This document shows positions 36,657-50,954 of a DNA stretch of 64,000 nucleotides, piece by piece; the first letter of the stretch is position 1, and every line of letters begins with the position of its first letter. Position numbers and translations under genes: made by a program. Under the pieces are notes generated by a model. That model was not told the DNA's origin and made no database searches. It saw only the letters and a list, made by a program, of their open reading frames with translations. This DNA is from Lama guanicoe (lineage: Eukaryota): contig MU054220.1 in the NCBI GenBank assembly GCA_013239625.1, positions 6,979,367-7,043,366 on the forward strand, given 5' to 3'.

Positions 36657-37964
36657 TAAAATCAGTCTGATTTCATAGTCCCAGAAACTGCTGCTTTTTC
36701 AGGCTTCATGTAGATAGAGCTCATGTACAAAGATGAGTGGCCCCTCGTGGTCCTGTGTCACTGTGGTCTGACTGGGTCTTCCAGAAAGTGGAAGTCATCC
36801 TTGAAACACCCAGTCACAAAGAAGTTTGAAGAGGAGGTTACCCACCTCTGTCTTCCCACACGCATAATATAACCTTGTGAAATTTCCACTGTACCCTTAT
36901 TTAGTCTTTGTTTCCCCAGACTTTACAAATCTGTACCATCTTCCTTTCCTATTTGACAGTCTGCTTTCCTGGATTAATACCCCCTGAGTAGACATTATTG
37001 AACAGAACCCTGGAAAAGTTATCCTTTTGACGTCTTTTGTTATCCCACTCCCCTTGACATGGCAGTGAATCTAAGTTAAATGAGAATGAGCATGGTGTTA
37101 TGTCAATGATTTCACATATACATTAGCATGTTGTGTTTTCTGCCAATCAATTATGCATGTCCGTGACTCTCAAGATATATGCTTTGAAGAGAGACGTCCT
37201 AGAATTCTCAGAGGAAATACATGATTTTATTAAATTTGGGAGCTGAATCTCGATCATCCCAGGAAGTCAAGCCAGACCTAGTGTGAACAGGTCCCAGGAA
37301 CTGACCATGACACAGCCATGTTCTGTGCTGGTCGGCAATGTGCAGCAATTGACCAGTTTGCATTCTGGCCCTCTTAAGGGACAGTGCCCTTCTCTATACA
37401 ATTCTCTGGGCAGTGTGAGTTCTTAATAAATAGTGCACAGTATCTACTTGCCACTCTTTGACAAGTCCTCTTGTGAGTTAGAAACAAGAGACCCTTCATA
37501 TACAGCTGAGGAGTAATTAAAATATGGCTAAAGGGTCCTATGCCAATTCCAGCCTTTTTTTTTTTTACATTAGAACTTTATTTTTAGCTTTATGTTAGAG
37601 GTAATTTTATGCAGAAGGGAAATTGGGTTGGATTCTCAGAGCTGCGTAAGTCCTTATCTGAACATTCTTTTTCATTTCTTGCATGGGACCCTGTTGATGT
37701 CGTACAAAATTATGCAGGAAGAAGTAAAAAGGGGATATTCTCCAGACGTGTGCCTGGTTTTCTATAATCTCTGTCAATACTAGTTATGAGAAATGGTACC
37801 ATCTCTTTCTTTAGAACTTACTAAGAGGCAGGTGATAAATATAGACTAATGAAATATATAGACTATTTTTAACTGTCTAACAATGCCAAGCAGAGGCATT
37901 CATCTTCCTGCTTAAAATTCTAGATTAAAATATGTTAGCAATCTTGTTCTCAAATGGGAGACCT

Positions 37965-38180
37965 GGTGATATAGCTGGAAAACAGTGCATTTGAGAGCTA
38001 GCCTGAATGAGTCTCTTTCCTGATTTAGGAGAATGATTTGGGTAAGTCCTCAGTCCTTAGAATTGGTGGGAATTGTAAGAATTTATTAATTTGTTAGCTG
38101 AAATTAATTATCCTTACATCATAAGGATAAATATGATTACATAAATAAAATCATGGAACATTTTCTATCACAGTGACAGT
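37965..38180 (+). mobile_element. MIR, degenerate
   Basis: ggtgatatagctggaaaacagtgcatttgagagctagcctg...tgatttgggtaagt. Confidence 0.5.
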
Positions 38181-38254
38181 AGTGAATCTAATCAATTAAC
38201 ATAGTCATAAAAGTAAATGCTACTGTTGTGCTAGAAATATTTTGATTTATCATT

Positions 38255-38357
38255 TTTTAATTTTTAAACATTTTCTTGAGATGTAATTGACATATTAGTT
38301 TCATACATATAGTATGATTCAATATTTATGTATATTGCGAAATGATCACTATAATAA
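38255..38357 (-). mobile_element. Short L1 3' terminus
   Basis: ttgagatgtaattgacatattagtttc...gtatgattcaatatttatgtatattgcgaaatgatcactataataa. Confidence 0.75.
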
Positions 38358-39894
38358 AATACTTTTTTTAGGAAGAAAATCTTCCCCCATCTTCTTCACT
38401 CAGCAAAAGATTTCTTCACACGTAACTCTGAATATAATCTCAAGCCTTTTTTTTCCCCTTTAATTATCCCACATTCTAAATGAAGAGGGTCTGAGTTAAT
38501 GAGGTTTTATTTCATATGCACCAGCATAAATAAAGGGGATTTTAATCACATGGACAGAACTATGTAAATTTAACGTTGTACTTAATCAGGAAATTGCATC
38601 ATGTAACTATCACGCACGTTAAAGGCCCTTTCTTGGCTGTACTACTTCACGAGGTCTAATTGGTTCACTTCAAGGATGGCTGACAATATTAAAGAGGGAT
38701 AAAAGAAGAGCTCTTTTCCCATAATTGTTGGAGAATCTGCTGTATGTATCTGGAAATATTGTTTCACCAAGTATGAGTTATTTTATTCTTGGAACACATT
38801 ATCAGTAACTTATTTTGTGTTTCATCCTATGAAGTCTTACAGTCTAGTATAAATGTGACCAGAACTAAACAAAATTAGAATTGCACAATTAAAAGTGTAA
38901 AGAACAAGCCCACAGCATGAAGTCAGAAACTATCCAAGAGCATACTCATGTCAGCGTGCCCTGTGGGATAAAAATGTTTCACATGGACACACGGATATTT
39001 TGTTATCTCCAAACCTGAGCTAACAAGTTTTCATTGTAATGTTAGACCATTCACATATAGAAGCAAAATTTATTACGTCCTGACTGTGCATTTAAAATAT
39101 TTTGGTATTTTTTTTTTTACAGTTTCTACCAATTGTAACAGTAAACCGAAAGTTATCTGAGGGTTTCTTTCTAATAACCGTATGAAAGAAACAGCTGTTC
39201 TTTTCGTAACTAAAGAAAAACATGCTTAGTATTGCAAAATGTCTCTTCTCTTCCTAGTACAAGGAGAGAGGTGAAGGAAGACCTGGTTTGTGTTCACGTG
39301 TTCGTTAAATTTCACAAGACAGGCTTGTTCACTACAGGCCTTAGATGCTAAACCAAAGTACCACGTAGAAATGAAAGGAATTTTGTTTTTAGAATATGAA
39401 TTCACAATACTTGAACCTAGAGTGAATTCAAAGGTGTGATGAAGTTTGTAAAAAAAAATGAAATCATAGCCATCTCTTGGTTGGTAGGCATTCAGCAGGC
39501 TCTTTACTGGAGAACATGCATGGATGTTTTAGTACCAAGTTTTTGGCATGTCCACTAAGAACTGAGGAGACAGGGAGATTTTTAAGACTCTAGTCCTATA
39601 CTAAGAGTTAATTTGAGAATTTTTCAAATTGTAAATTCTTTCCCTGTGTTCCAACAATTTACTTTTCCAAAATTAACTTTCTGAAATTTTAGACGTTTGG
39701 ATTGTTCCTATTGTTTCACTGTTTTTGTTGTGCAGATATTCAGAGAGGAAGGGAAAAAGGCGGGGAAGAGAGACAGAAGAGAATCTGTAGCATTTAAAAA
39801 AGGTTGCTGGTGATTATGAGAAGACAATGTATGGGGGAAAAATGTCCTAGTGAAGTGGGAAAATGGAATTGAATTAAATGTATTGAGTTCTAAT

Positions 39895-40330
39895 AATTGC
39901 AGCTACCAGTTATTAAATGTTGGCTGTGTGCCAGTTACTCTATTAAACACTTTCTGTGGCTTTTGTCAAGTAATACTCATAAAACACTATAAAGTGATAT
40001 TATGTTTATATGCCTTTTACAGAAAAAATGATGCTTCAGTACAGCAAATAACTTGCTCAAGGCCATAGAACTAATAAACCCCAAAGCTGGGAACCGAGCC
40101 AACATTGATTTGGCTCCAAAATATATCTTGTAACCACAAGAATGTACTGCACTGGTCTAAGCCCTTTGCATGCATCATCTCATTGACTTACTGTAACACT
40201 TTGGACATATACTACTAAGCTCTTTATTTTGTTATTAGATAAAAATGTTGAAGTTCAGGGAGGTTCATGAACCTATTATGTAAGTTCAACCAGCAGAGCA
40301 AGGTTGGAGCCCATGTCTTTGTCATTCTTT
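39895..40330 (-). mobile_element. Two adjacent MIR fragments
   Basis: gcagctaccagttattaaatgttggctgtgtgccag...aataacttgctcaaggccatag; gcatcatctcattg...gaagttcagggagg. Confidence 0.6.
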
Positions 40331-41089
40331 GCACCAAGGAGCACTTCTGTTTGGAGGAGTGGGAAAATTGAGAAGACAGTTTAGGATCAAGTTTAAAGAA
40401 AACAAAGGGAAGGGAAATTAAGGTAGTTCTGTTTGCTGTACTGGAAATTCCAAGAGGATTTGTAGTTGGGGTGAGGACTCTGAAAGAACTGAGTGTTAAA
40501 AGAGAGTCAATTTTGGCTCCTTGTCTTACCTGCCTTTTACTTTGTATGACTGGTTTCCATCATCCCTTTTCTGTGAGTTGCTTTGGATCCCGAATCACTT
40601 TTTTCTGAGCAAGAAAAAGAAAATAGAAGCCGGAAAACTGATTAGAAAAGACATGGAAGGAATTCTGCGGGTGCTTGTCCTCGGTGAATCCAGCGCTCCT
40701 AGGAGACGTGAGAGAGGGGAAGCAGCCCACCTCTCTCCGGAGGGCTGCTGTCGCCTCCAAGGTGGAGTAGAGCCCCCTCTGACACACTCCCTCTGATCAG
40801 TCCCCACTTTGCCGTCAGAGGGCCCTTTTGCAAATACAAGGCTGATCCTGTCACCTTGTACTTTTGAAACCTTTCAGTAGCTTCTCCTGCTCTTGAGTGA
40901 AGACAAAGCAAGACTCCCCTCCCACCCCTCCACCCTGCTCTTCCATCGTGCCGCCCCCAACACACGTTTTCTGCCCCAACTTGATGGCCCCTTTTTTCGG
41001 TGTCTGGTACCTGTTATGACTTCTCTGTGTGCGATTTCCTCTGCTGGCATGCCTAGCCCAGCCCCTAGGCATGTAGCATATTGGCATCC

Positions 41090-41325
41090 GCCCTTCCCAT
41101 CAACTCCAGTTTTACTCCCCAAGAAGCCTTCTCAGACCTCCTTGATCAGTATAAATACCCACCCGAGAACAACAGTACTTCCGCTTTGGAGCAACAGTTA
41201 CAGTGGAATTTTTCTTGATTGAGGTTGATCACCCTCTCTAGACTATGGGCTCCTTGGAGGCGGCAACCTCAGATGAGTTTATTCACTGTTGTCTGCCTAG
41301 CCCTCACATTCTGACTGTCACCTAA
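41090..41325 (+). mobile_element. L2 3' fragment
   Basis: aagaagccttctcagacc...ctagactatgggctccttggaggc...tattcactgttgtc. Confidence 0.55.
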
Positions 41326-41838
41326 TGTGATAGCTGCCTTGCAGAGAACCTCGTCTCCTGGTTTCAGGCCCTTGGCTAGTCCCCTCCCATGTTGAATGTA
41401 AGCTGCCCCGGTGACTCATTTTATCAACAGAACGTGTAAGAAATGACATGGTGCCAATGATGGGACTAATCCTTAAGGTGGCCCCGTGACTTTCACTTTT
41501 GTACTTTTGGGGAACACTAAGATGTCATGTAAGGAGTCCAGAAACCCTTCTAGAGAAACCGTAGGAAGAATCCACTATCCATGTTTAGAGAAGAAGTTCT
41601 GAGGCGGCATGAGAAAGGAGAGAGGCCCAGCTCTTCCATGTCTCAGTCACACCTCCAGTTGAATTTGGTCTCACCCAGCATCTAATTACACCTACATAAG
41701 ATGCTCCAAACGAGACTAGAGACAGAACTGCCCATCTGTGCCCAAGCAACCCATAGAACTGTGAGATACACCACGACGGTTATTGTTTTAAGCCACTAAG
41801 TGTCGGTGCTAGCTACACACCAAAAGATAAGTGAGACA
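41326..41838 (+). mobile_element. MaLR solo LTR (MLT1F/G/H-like)
   Basis: TG...CA ends; agtcccctcccatgttgaat...cccatagaactgtgagata...gttattgttttaagccactaagt. Confidence 0.8.
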
Positions 41839-43429
41839 GACACGTGATAAGAAATTGTAGAACTCATAGATTAACCTACTTTCCTCCTGATTGGATTCTT
41901 CCTACTCAGAACATAGGGAAAGATGTCAGGCTGTCCTATAAGGATTTCCTTCTCTGTGCTCATCAACTGCAAAATTCTGTTTACGTGGTGGATATGAAAA
42001 CACATGTCACTTAAATTAACTCTTGCTCACTAGTCTGTGCATAATAGTAAGATAATGTAAGGGTTGTTTTAATATGTCATGTCAAATTTTATTGTTTTAA
42101 TACCAAATTGCTAATGGAAAGGCCTTAACCCCCTTCAAAACACAATTCCTTTCTCCAGTGCCTCTGGGAGTCTCCAGAGGGTGTTTTTAATGTACCGACA
42201 AGCAGGTCCTCTGGACTACTCACCAGTCATGCTTCTTTGCGCTCCTCCCATTCACCAAGGGTGCCCTGCTCCTGCTGGGGCTGCACTTTCTGCCCTTGGA
42301 GAGAATGCTGTCCTATCCGCGATGCCGTCTCCCAGTGCTCCCATTTACGCCAAGCACAGGAGGTACCAAGAAAGCACTGTGCTGCTTTCAGTCCTCACTG
42401 CACTGGATTCGTGATGTATTCTGTGCAGAAATGTGGCCGTGGTCCCTTGTTCCACAACACAGGCTGGAGGCATAGAGCAAGTCACTGGTTCATAGGAGTT
42501 GCATTTCCTTGATTAGGGTCTAGTCTGTTCTTATGAATGACCTTTTGCAGCCCATGACTCGTTGAGTCTTTGGTGTCTCCTTCTGGATGGCCCCTTCCTC
42601 TTCCATAAAAAGTAACCCATGTTTGAAGCTGAATAGTTTTTATGGCTCAGTTACTGACCATAGTAGTATGGATATCCTAGGCTTCTTTTCATTTTGCACT
42701 GTTCTGTCACTTTGGGCTTAAAATAATATAATTCCTTTAAAACCTCCGTGGGTTTTCTGTGTGTTAAATTGTCATTCTTTCTATTCAACAAAATGCATTC
42801 TACTTTGCTTCCCATGTGAGGTTGCTGTGCTAAGATGCCCTTAATGTTCTTAGAACTTTTATTATTTCCCAGGTATCACCAAAGAGGTGCACCACTATTA
42901 TTATTTATCACGTAATTACAGAGTGTATCACCCCTCTACTCTGGATTTTATCTTTTGCCTTGAAGGCATTTCTTGCTTGGAGAATGTTTTTTTGGGAACG
43001 CCTACGGCTGAAAAACAGCTTTTTGGTTTTGTTTTTCTGTTTTTGTTTTTTCCACCAAACCTGTTAGCTTCTGAAAAGTTTTCCCAGTATCTAAAGCTTT
43101 CTATCTGTAGTTTGTCTGCCCCTTGTCATTCAAAGACCATCATGAGTTCAGGTGTTACACGGTTATCTCCAGTTCCCCATCTCTGTAGAATCTCTGATAC
43201 CCGTGTGAAAATATCCTCCAAGCCCCCAGATGTTTTTCTCCTTTTCTGTCAACTCAGGCAACTGGCTGGGCAAGTCAGTCACCAGATTCCAGGCACTCAC
43301 ATTGTAAGTCTGGGCTTAGGCCCAGTTGGGGTCTCTGAACACATATGAAAACTCTAAGCAGAGACAGAGGAACGTCCTAGCAAGAAAAAGAGACCCACGT
43401 GGTCACTTTTGTTTTGTTTTGTTTTCATT

Positions 43430-43570
43430 GTACTTGCGTGTAGGTAAGATACTTAGCCTCACTGAACCTTAACTTACTCATCTCTGCAATCACATGCTCC
43501 ACATGGATTTTTATCGGTTTTACTTAGATGTATGCAGATTTCCTGTCACATAGTAAACATTGAGTTAAAT
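43430..43570 (+). mobile_element. MIR
   Basis: ggtaagatacttagcctcactgaaccttaacttactcatctctg...cacatagtaaacatt. Confidence 0.55.
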
Positions 43571-43719
43571 AGGCTTTATCACAGACATTTTCTTATGTGC
43601 ATGCGTATGTGTTTGTTTGAAAGTCAGATCCATTTTAGTGGTGCTGCTAACATGGATAAGTTATTCTGCTTATCTCAACCTCATTTATCTTTAAAGCAAA
43701 ATTTTTAGCAACATTGAAT

Positions 43720-44120
43720 CATACTGTATGTACATTGTTTAATCTTTTTATTTGATGATATTTCATGTGCTTTTTCAAATTTCCTGCAGAATTATTTTTA
43801 ATGACTACACGGAACACCATGATTATTTCACAAGTCTCCTGTTGTTGGCTATTAGATCATTTCTAATTTATTGCTATCTGATAATTATGCTGGGATGAAA
43901 TACTTATAAATTGTTTCCTCGAGACATATTCTTAGAAAGGGAATTACAGGAATTACTGGTTCAATAGATCTGCTTATTTGAAGACATGTTAACATATATT
44001 TCCAAGTTGCCTCCCAGAGACACAACCGATTCTACTCCCCCACAGTACTGCATTTATCGAGTTTTGTTTAAAGCCTTGTCAGTTTTGAGAGGCCAAAAGC
44101 AGTAGTTCCTTATTTTAATA
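43720..44120 (-). mobile_element. Old L1 (L1ME-like) 3' region
   Basis: tctcctgttgttggctattagatcatttcta...ttcttagaaagggaattac...ttccaagttgcctcccaga. Confidence 0.65.
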
Positions 44121-44669
44121 GCTACGATTGTTAAAACTCATGGCTATTACTTATGGTCATGTTTCTGTGCCTTAAGCCGACACTTGAACAATAATAATTA
44201 CCCCGAATGTACCCTCTAACAACATTTTCACGTTTATTAGTTTACATAATATACCCAGCAGCCTTGGAAGATAAATAGTGGAACCAATAATCATTAAAGT
44301 ATGTCACAAAGCATAACAATTAGTGTCTACACGTATTCACACACAGATCTCCCAATGTCAAAATCAGGGTGAATTTCTTTAGTAAAACCTACCATTCTCA
44401 GAGTTGATGAAAAGAAAAGAAAAAAAAATGTTCCTCAGGACTCACCCTTTTGAATAAAGATGAGAAGGGATTACTACATCTTGGCCTGGTGAGCAGATGT
44501 GCTAACTGCTGACTGGGCCGTTCATTTCTTCTCAGGCTAAGGTTTTTGGGACAGACTCCCATAATATCAATGACATAGCATCACACAGTCCCATATTATA
44601 AATACTAAGCTTTAGTTAAATCTAGGCATTGTTTTGCCCAAGACTTCTGTCTACCTGTTTTTTTGTGTT

Positions 44670-46100
44670 TTATGTGATTTTTTATTAAAAGAGTGACACA
44701 TTCTTATTGCAAAAAATGATTAAACTACAGAAATGCACAGAATAAAGGTAAACTGTTCCTCCTCCTCTTGCCTTCAACTCCATCTTCAGACTAAGTCACC
44801 ATCAGCAGTTGGTGTTAGTCTTTCATATTTTCTAAGCATGTTTTTAAACAGTCGGGCCCATTCTCTACCACTTGTTCTGTTGCATGTTTTCGTCACTTGT
44901 TGCTGTACAGCATCCCGTGTTGCTTCAGAGTGTTCCAGTGGAGGAATCTAGGAATTCAAATATGGCTCATTAATTACTGATGGACATTTATGTTTTCCCC
45001 AAGTATAGTTTTTGCCAATATTAGTATGAGCATCTTTCTACACCCATCTATTTCTAGCTTCAATTGCTAAACGTGTACCATTAAACAGTCAAAACTGCAA
45101 AAACCTAGTCAAAGGTGATCCACATTTACACTTTCATAGGCATTACCATATTGCTTTCAAAATGCTTCCAACCTAGCCGTCAGTAGCATACAAAAGTGTC
45201 TATCCCCATGTTCTCACCAACAGTGAATATATTCATTAGTTTTTATCCTTACTCATCTCAGTGATGAAAAAATTCTCACTGTTTTAATTTGCTTTCAGTT
45301 AGCATGAGGTTGACCATCTTTTTATATTTTTTCAGTTATTTGGATTTTATTTTTAGAAAACTGACTTTTCATAGTTATTGTTTGGTTTTTAAATTTGGTT
45401 TGGGGCTGTTCTTCCCAATTTGTAAGCTTTCTTTGTATTTGTCAAAAATAGGTGCTTTGTCTGATTATGGGTTATATGTGTTTCCCAGTTATCATTGTCT
45501 TTAAACTATTTATATAATTTTCCTATTGAGTGATTTTTTTAAATTAGACTTTCTATCTTTAAATTTTTTTTTAAGGCTTCTGGTTTTCCTGGCATGCCTA
45601 TGAAGGCAATTCCTATTCCAAGAATAGTAACATTATTTTCTTTATCCATGTGCTATTCTAGTAAATTCTATTGCTTTCATTTTTCATCTGTAAGTCTTGA
45701 TTTAAGTAGAATTTATTGTCAAGTGAGACATTAAGGATATATATTTAGGTAGATACATCACATGTTTTGCATTTGTGTGTGTATACTTCCTCAAAATAAT
45801 AATTAGTCGTTCTAGCATTATTCATTAAATAATCCTTACTAATTAGTTACATTGTCACTGGGTTAAAATGACATCTTTGTCATATCCTAAATTAATTTAA
45901 GTGTCTTGTCATTTTTAAATGTTCGTTTACCTGTTAGTTTAACCCTGTGACTGTGTTCTTTTGTTTTAATTACAGTAATAATTCTATGATACTTTATATC
46001 TGGTAGGGCTAACTCCATCCAATTTCTTTTCTTATGTTTGTCATCATTATTCTCGTGTTATTTTTCCATACAAGTATTACAATTATTATTTTGTTTAAGT
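44670..46100 (-). mobile_element. Old L1 (L1ME-like)
   Basis: ctgatggacatttatgttttccc...catgttctcaccaacagtg...gttttaatttgctttc...ttatatctggtagggc. Confidence 0.7.
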
Positions 46101-46819
46101 GACAGAAAAAAATGGCAGTTTGATGAAGGTTTTCACAACCGAATCTTGGGGCAGTAGGGAAGAGAGTAGAAACTACGTCCTTTGGCCACGTTCCCGCTGG
46201 CTGTTGAGGGAGATGAATAGTTTAGATTTTTAGCAACTTGCTGAATCTGATTGTTTACAGCTTTATTCATTAGGAGCTATTTTACTCATCAGAGGGAATC
46301 GGCATGTAATGAAATAGGCTAATTCAGTTTACTGAAACTGTACGAAGAGCGTATAAAGACAAATCTTCATGTAGTAGTTTAAGATTTTTGCTCAGATGAA
46401 AAGCCACACAGCTGCTTAGGGTCTGCTCTGGCTCTTGAGTTCTCAAAGAAACTGGAAAGGCGAAAAAAAACTACCCTACCCAGAAAAGCCACGGAGGTGG
46501 AGTGCGTACTTAGCCTTCTACTTCATCTCATCATTACATGTTGAATTAACTTGAATTAACTGAAATAACTGGTACCATTAAGCCCAGTTTAAAAAAAATT
46601 AGAGACACTAAATGCAAGTGAAAATGAAGAATGCAGTGAATGCACACTTACTTTTCTGAACAGAGAACGTTTCTAACTTACATATAGTTTAAGCTCTGAA
46701 AGTTCAGTCTACATCTGTGGTTTGAACCTTGAGTGTAGCTATCCACTGTACAACAGTATGTTAAAATGAGGTTTCCAAGAAACTTACAAGAGAGAATAGA
46801 TGCAAGATTCCAGGGCCAA

Positions 46820-47965
46820 GGAGCCATGTGTAGATTTTCAAAGGAATTTAGGGAAAACCAGTCAGGCCTCTTGGAATCTTCCAACCAGATAAAGTATAGT
46901 AAAAGGGGTCAGAATGTGAGGAAAAGAAGGGTTTGGAAATAAGATTTCTTTAAAGGGAGCTGGTCGCAGGGCTTTGAGTTCCTCTTTGAGAGGAGAGTAC
47001 GGATTTGTGCTTTCCCTTTCCAAAACTAGGGAAGTGGATTTCAAGAGGATCCTCCAGACAGTACTTCCAGAAGTGTGCTTCCTGCATTTGGGGGCTAATG
47101 TCTGACTTACACTTAGGAAAGCTGAAGTCAGCTCTGGGGTGGGGTTTGACTTCTAGCCAAGAAATGTCGAAGGTAAAAGAAAGGCTGTTGGTTTGGCAGT
47201 AGAACCAAAAGAAAGCCCCCCATTGAGGTAGGTGTTCATTCCCAGAGTTCATGGGGCACAGGTATGTATGAGTGCCCATAGTGGGCCACAGCCCCAAAGA
47301 GGTTGTCTTGGACCTTGTTCAGTAGAACTACATAGAAAAGTGAGACCTGGGTAGAAAGGGACAAGAGATGGGGAAGAAATGAAGAGACACAAGGTAGTAG
47401 ATGACAAGTACATTTGTTCAGGCTGAGGTAGCTGCAGGAGGTGAGAAGTCAACAGTCAAACTCAAGAAGCCAGTGGAAATCTCCGTATCAGAGAAAACAT
47501 AAACCAGGCCCACCCATGGTCCCCAGATTTAACCACCTGCCTCACAAAAGAACCAAAAACCATCACCAAGTAAGAACTGACATTTGTCCTTACCTGTTTT
47601 CCTCCCCTCTGTCTACTCCTCACAGTACCCAGATTTGACCTGATCCACTTAAATCAGCCGTTAGAAAGGAGAGGAAGAGGTAGGAGTGCACAGGAGAAAA
47701 TAATGCTCGTCCTTTCACCCAGTACAGGACGTGAGCCCAAGGCTGGCCCAGGCTGAAGGAAACGAAAAAATTATGCTAACTCAAATGTGAAGCTTTGATT
47801 AACAGTTAGGAGTGAAAATGCTAACACTGTGACTTAAAGTGGACCTAGGACTCTGATTATCTAAGAGGGAGCCAGAAAAGTCACGGCCCTTGTCATGCTT
47901 TTGTCCAGAGAAAGGGGACATTTATGTCCTCTAAATAAAACATAAGATGTCAATGGGAAATGTTT
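46820..47965 (+). mobile_element. Ancient LTR, MamGypLTR-like
   Basis: 3' portion gagccagaaaagtcacggcccttgtcatgcttttgtccagagaaagggg...aataaaa resembles the recalled MamGypLTR end; the 5' boundary is uncertain. Confidence 0.4.
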
Positions 47966-48164
47966 TGCTAAGGATGCATTCTAGACAGTCCAACAAACAA
48001 GTAGCATAGAAAAATGAGCATGAAATTATAATTTAATATTAATTTTAGCCAAAAATAGTAATACCAATGCATACTGTAGCTGAAATATCCTGGAGTCCTG
48101 GGGATATATCTTCCTTCTCCAGGCTCATTTCTGCCTAATCTCAAACCTTGAGTCTTTGGGCAGG

Positions 48165-49085
48165 GGACCTGAATAGACGTATAGATGAACAATACACACA
48201 TAAAAAGATGCTTAACATCACCAATCATGAGAGAAATGTATATCAAAACTTCATGGAAATATCATATCACACTTGTCACAATGGCTATTGTCAAAAAGAT
48301 AAGAAATAACAAGTGTTAGCAAGTATGTAGGAAAAAAGGAATCCTTGTGCACTGTTGGTGGGGTTGTAAGTTTGTGCAGCCACTATGGAAAATGGTATGG
48401 AGGTTCCTCAAAAATTAAAAATAGAACCATGTAATCCAGCAATTCCAATTCTGACTATTAAGCTGAAGAACACAAAACATTAATTTGAAAAGATATATGC
48501 ACCCCACTGTTCTCTGCAGCATTATTTACAATAGCCAAGACATGAAAGCAATCTAAGTGTTCATCAATAGATGAATGGATAAAGAAGATATGGTGTATAT
48601 ACACCATGGAGTATCACTCAGCCATAAAAAATGAAATTTTGCCATTTGTGACAACATCGATGGATCTAGAGGGTATTATGCTAAGTGAAATAAATCAGAC
48701 AGAGAAAGACAAATACCATATAATTTCACTTATATATGGAATCTAAAAAACAAAACAAAAGAACAATCAATATCAAAACAGAAACAGACTCATAGATGTG
48801 GAGAACAAACCAGTGGTTGCCAGAGGGAAGGGATGTGGGGGAATGTGCAAAATGGGTGAAGGGGACTCAGAGGTACAAACGTCTAGTTGTAAAAGAAGGA
48901 AGTCACAGGAATGTAATGTACCGCTTAGGGAATATGCTCAACAATATGATAATAACCTTGTGTGGTAGCAGAGAGTAACCAGACTCATAGTGGTGATCAC
49001 TTCGTAATAGATAGAGATGGCGAATCACTATACATATACCTAAAACTAACATGATAGTGTAAGTCAACTGCACTTCAGTTTTTAA
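48165..49085 (+). mobile_element. L1 ORF2 end plus 3' UTR (older than the camelid-type copies)
   Basis: gcactgttggtggg...cagccactatggaaaa...gcagcattatttacaatagccaagacatg...ggtattatgctaagtgaaataaatcagacagagaaagacaaatacc. Confidence 0.92.
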
Positions 49086-49769
49086 ATAGTGTCTTGGGTC
49101 TTGAACCTTCCCTCCACTCAACTAAGAATCTCATGTATAGATTCAAAGTCATTAGAAACTGAGATCTAAGCCCTTGATAGTCTTCAATTCTGCCCACTTG
49201 GTCCTTGACACATTGTTTATCAAACCTCATATACATGGAAACTAAGGACAGACAATTATGACTCTCTCCCCATAGTCTCTTCAATGGCATCAAATTTATC
49301 CTCATCACATGCTTTACCCCTTCCCCATGACTCTCTGTCAGGAGGATTTACATACAGAATATTTGTATTTCTTCAAACTCACAAAAGTTATATTCTTTCA
49401 TTCTCCCACCTTTTCATCCATTTATCCATGTATTAATTATTCGCTTCATGTGTACAGTGTGTTTTCAACATGCCAGATGGTAAAAGTTAAACGGGAAAAA
49501 ATGTTTTTATAATATGCTAAATGGGAAATATTAAATCTTAGAATCATGGCCAAAAATAATAGATGTTTGTCACCCATCTTTATCATTTAAATAGACAAAT
49601 AGATGAGGAAGAAGATTAATAGTGACAATTTCATTGGAGAAGGTTATTGAAAGTCTATGCATGTCTCCTCCACAAGAGGCCAGGATTTGCTGCCAGAGAA
49701 TCTCTGAAGTGAGTTGATAGGTAGTTAGCTAGGAAGTATACTGAACCATGGAATGTAAAAAATCCATTA

Positions 49770-50133
49770 AAATAGACTAAATATTTGTGTCACCTCCAAC
49801 TAAACATGTTGAGATCCTAACCCCCAACGTGGTAGTATTAGGAGATGAGGCGTTTGGGGAGGTAGTTGGATCATGAGGGTGGAACCCTCGTGAATGGGAC
49901 TGGTGCCCTTATGAAAGGGACCTTACAGTGTTGTCATGTTCTCTTTCTGCCGTGTGACGACACGGTGAGAAGATGGCCATGTATGAACCAGGAAGTGGGC
50001 TCTCATGAGACACTGAATTCTCAATGCCTTGATCATGGACTTCCTAGCCTCCAGAACTGTGAAAAAGAAAATGTTTGTCCTAAAACTACCCATTAATAGT
50101 ACTCTGTTATGGCAGCCTAAACTGACTAAGGCA
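49770..50133 (+). mobile_element. MaLR solo LTR (MLT1A-like)
   Basis: tgttgagatcctaacccccaacgtggtagtattagg...catgagggtggaaccctcgtgaatggga...gccttgatcatggacttcctagcctccagaactgtga. Confidence 0.9.
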
Positions 50134-50321
50134 GCCACACAACATCACAAAAGAGCCCACGGAGCTTCTTATGAGAGAAAAAGCCAGGATCTGGACACCC
50201 ACTTTTTCAAGGACGTCAAATCCAAATTACAACCGCACCCATGCAGGAAGGCTTTTTTAACCCCCTTTCCCTCTAATTTTCATTCTCAGATTAGCCTAAT
50301 CCTTGTTGAGTGAACACAGTG

Positions 50322-50628
50322 GAAACAAACTCACAGACATAGAAAACAAACTTATGGTTACTGGAAGGGAAAGGGGATGAGAAGGGATAAATTGGAAGTT
50401 CGAGATGTGCAGATACTAACTACTACATAAAATAAACAAACAACAGCTTTATACTGTACAGCACAGGGAACTTTGTTCAATGTCTTAGTAACCTATAATG
50501 AAAAACAGTATGAAAAGGAATATATGTATGTATATGTATGACTGAAACATCATGCTGTGCACCAGAAATTGACACCACATTGTACACTGACTATATGTCA
50601 ATGAAAAAAAAAAGAACATATAAAAAGA
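50322..50628 (+). mobile_element. Young L1 3' UTR with A-tail
   Basis: ctcacagacatagaaaacaaacttatggttac...gttcgagatgtgcagatactaac...gcaccagaaattgacac...tcaatgaaaaaaaaa. Confidence 0.9.
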
Positions 50629-50954
50629 AATGTGAGAATGTGGTTAAATGGTGGTTCACAGAAGAGGGGAGACACAGAACATGCTCATTTAACTCCTTCA
50701 GTCTTTCAGATCTGGGTCTTGCCAAAGATTGTGACGTGAAGTGGAGAAATTTAAATGGAATAAAAGATTGAAGTTTTGGTATTAGATCGCATTAGGCTTT
50801 TTAATACCTGAGAATGGGCTGAAGAAGTACAATAAAATTCTTTCAGGATGTCACAGTAACCAGTTCAGCATTTTTAGCAAATCCGTTGTCCACTATAATA
50901 AGAAGTTCAATGTCTATAAAGACAAAGGGACAGTACATAAACCATTAAAATGCA

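Noticed and set aside
40640..41110. GC-richer patch with overlapping ORFs, possible CpG island or promoter
   Set aside because: CpGs are sparse, the CTCF-like match is poor, and no peptide is recognisable.
42215..42310. Minus-strand donor TG|GTGAGT with a short open frame
   Set aside because: No good upstream acceptor and no recognisable peptide.
42887..43348. 153-aa ORF
   Set aside because: GTG start, low-complexity T-rich stretch and no recognisable homology; consistent with a chance ORF.
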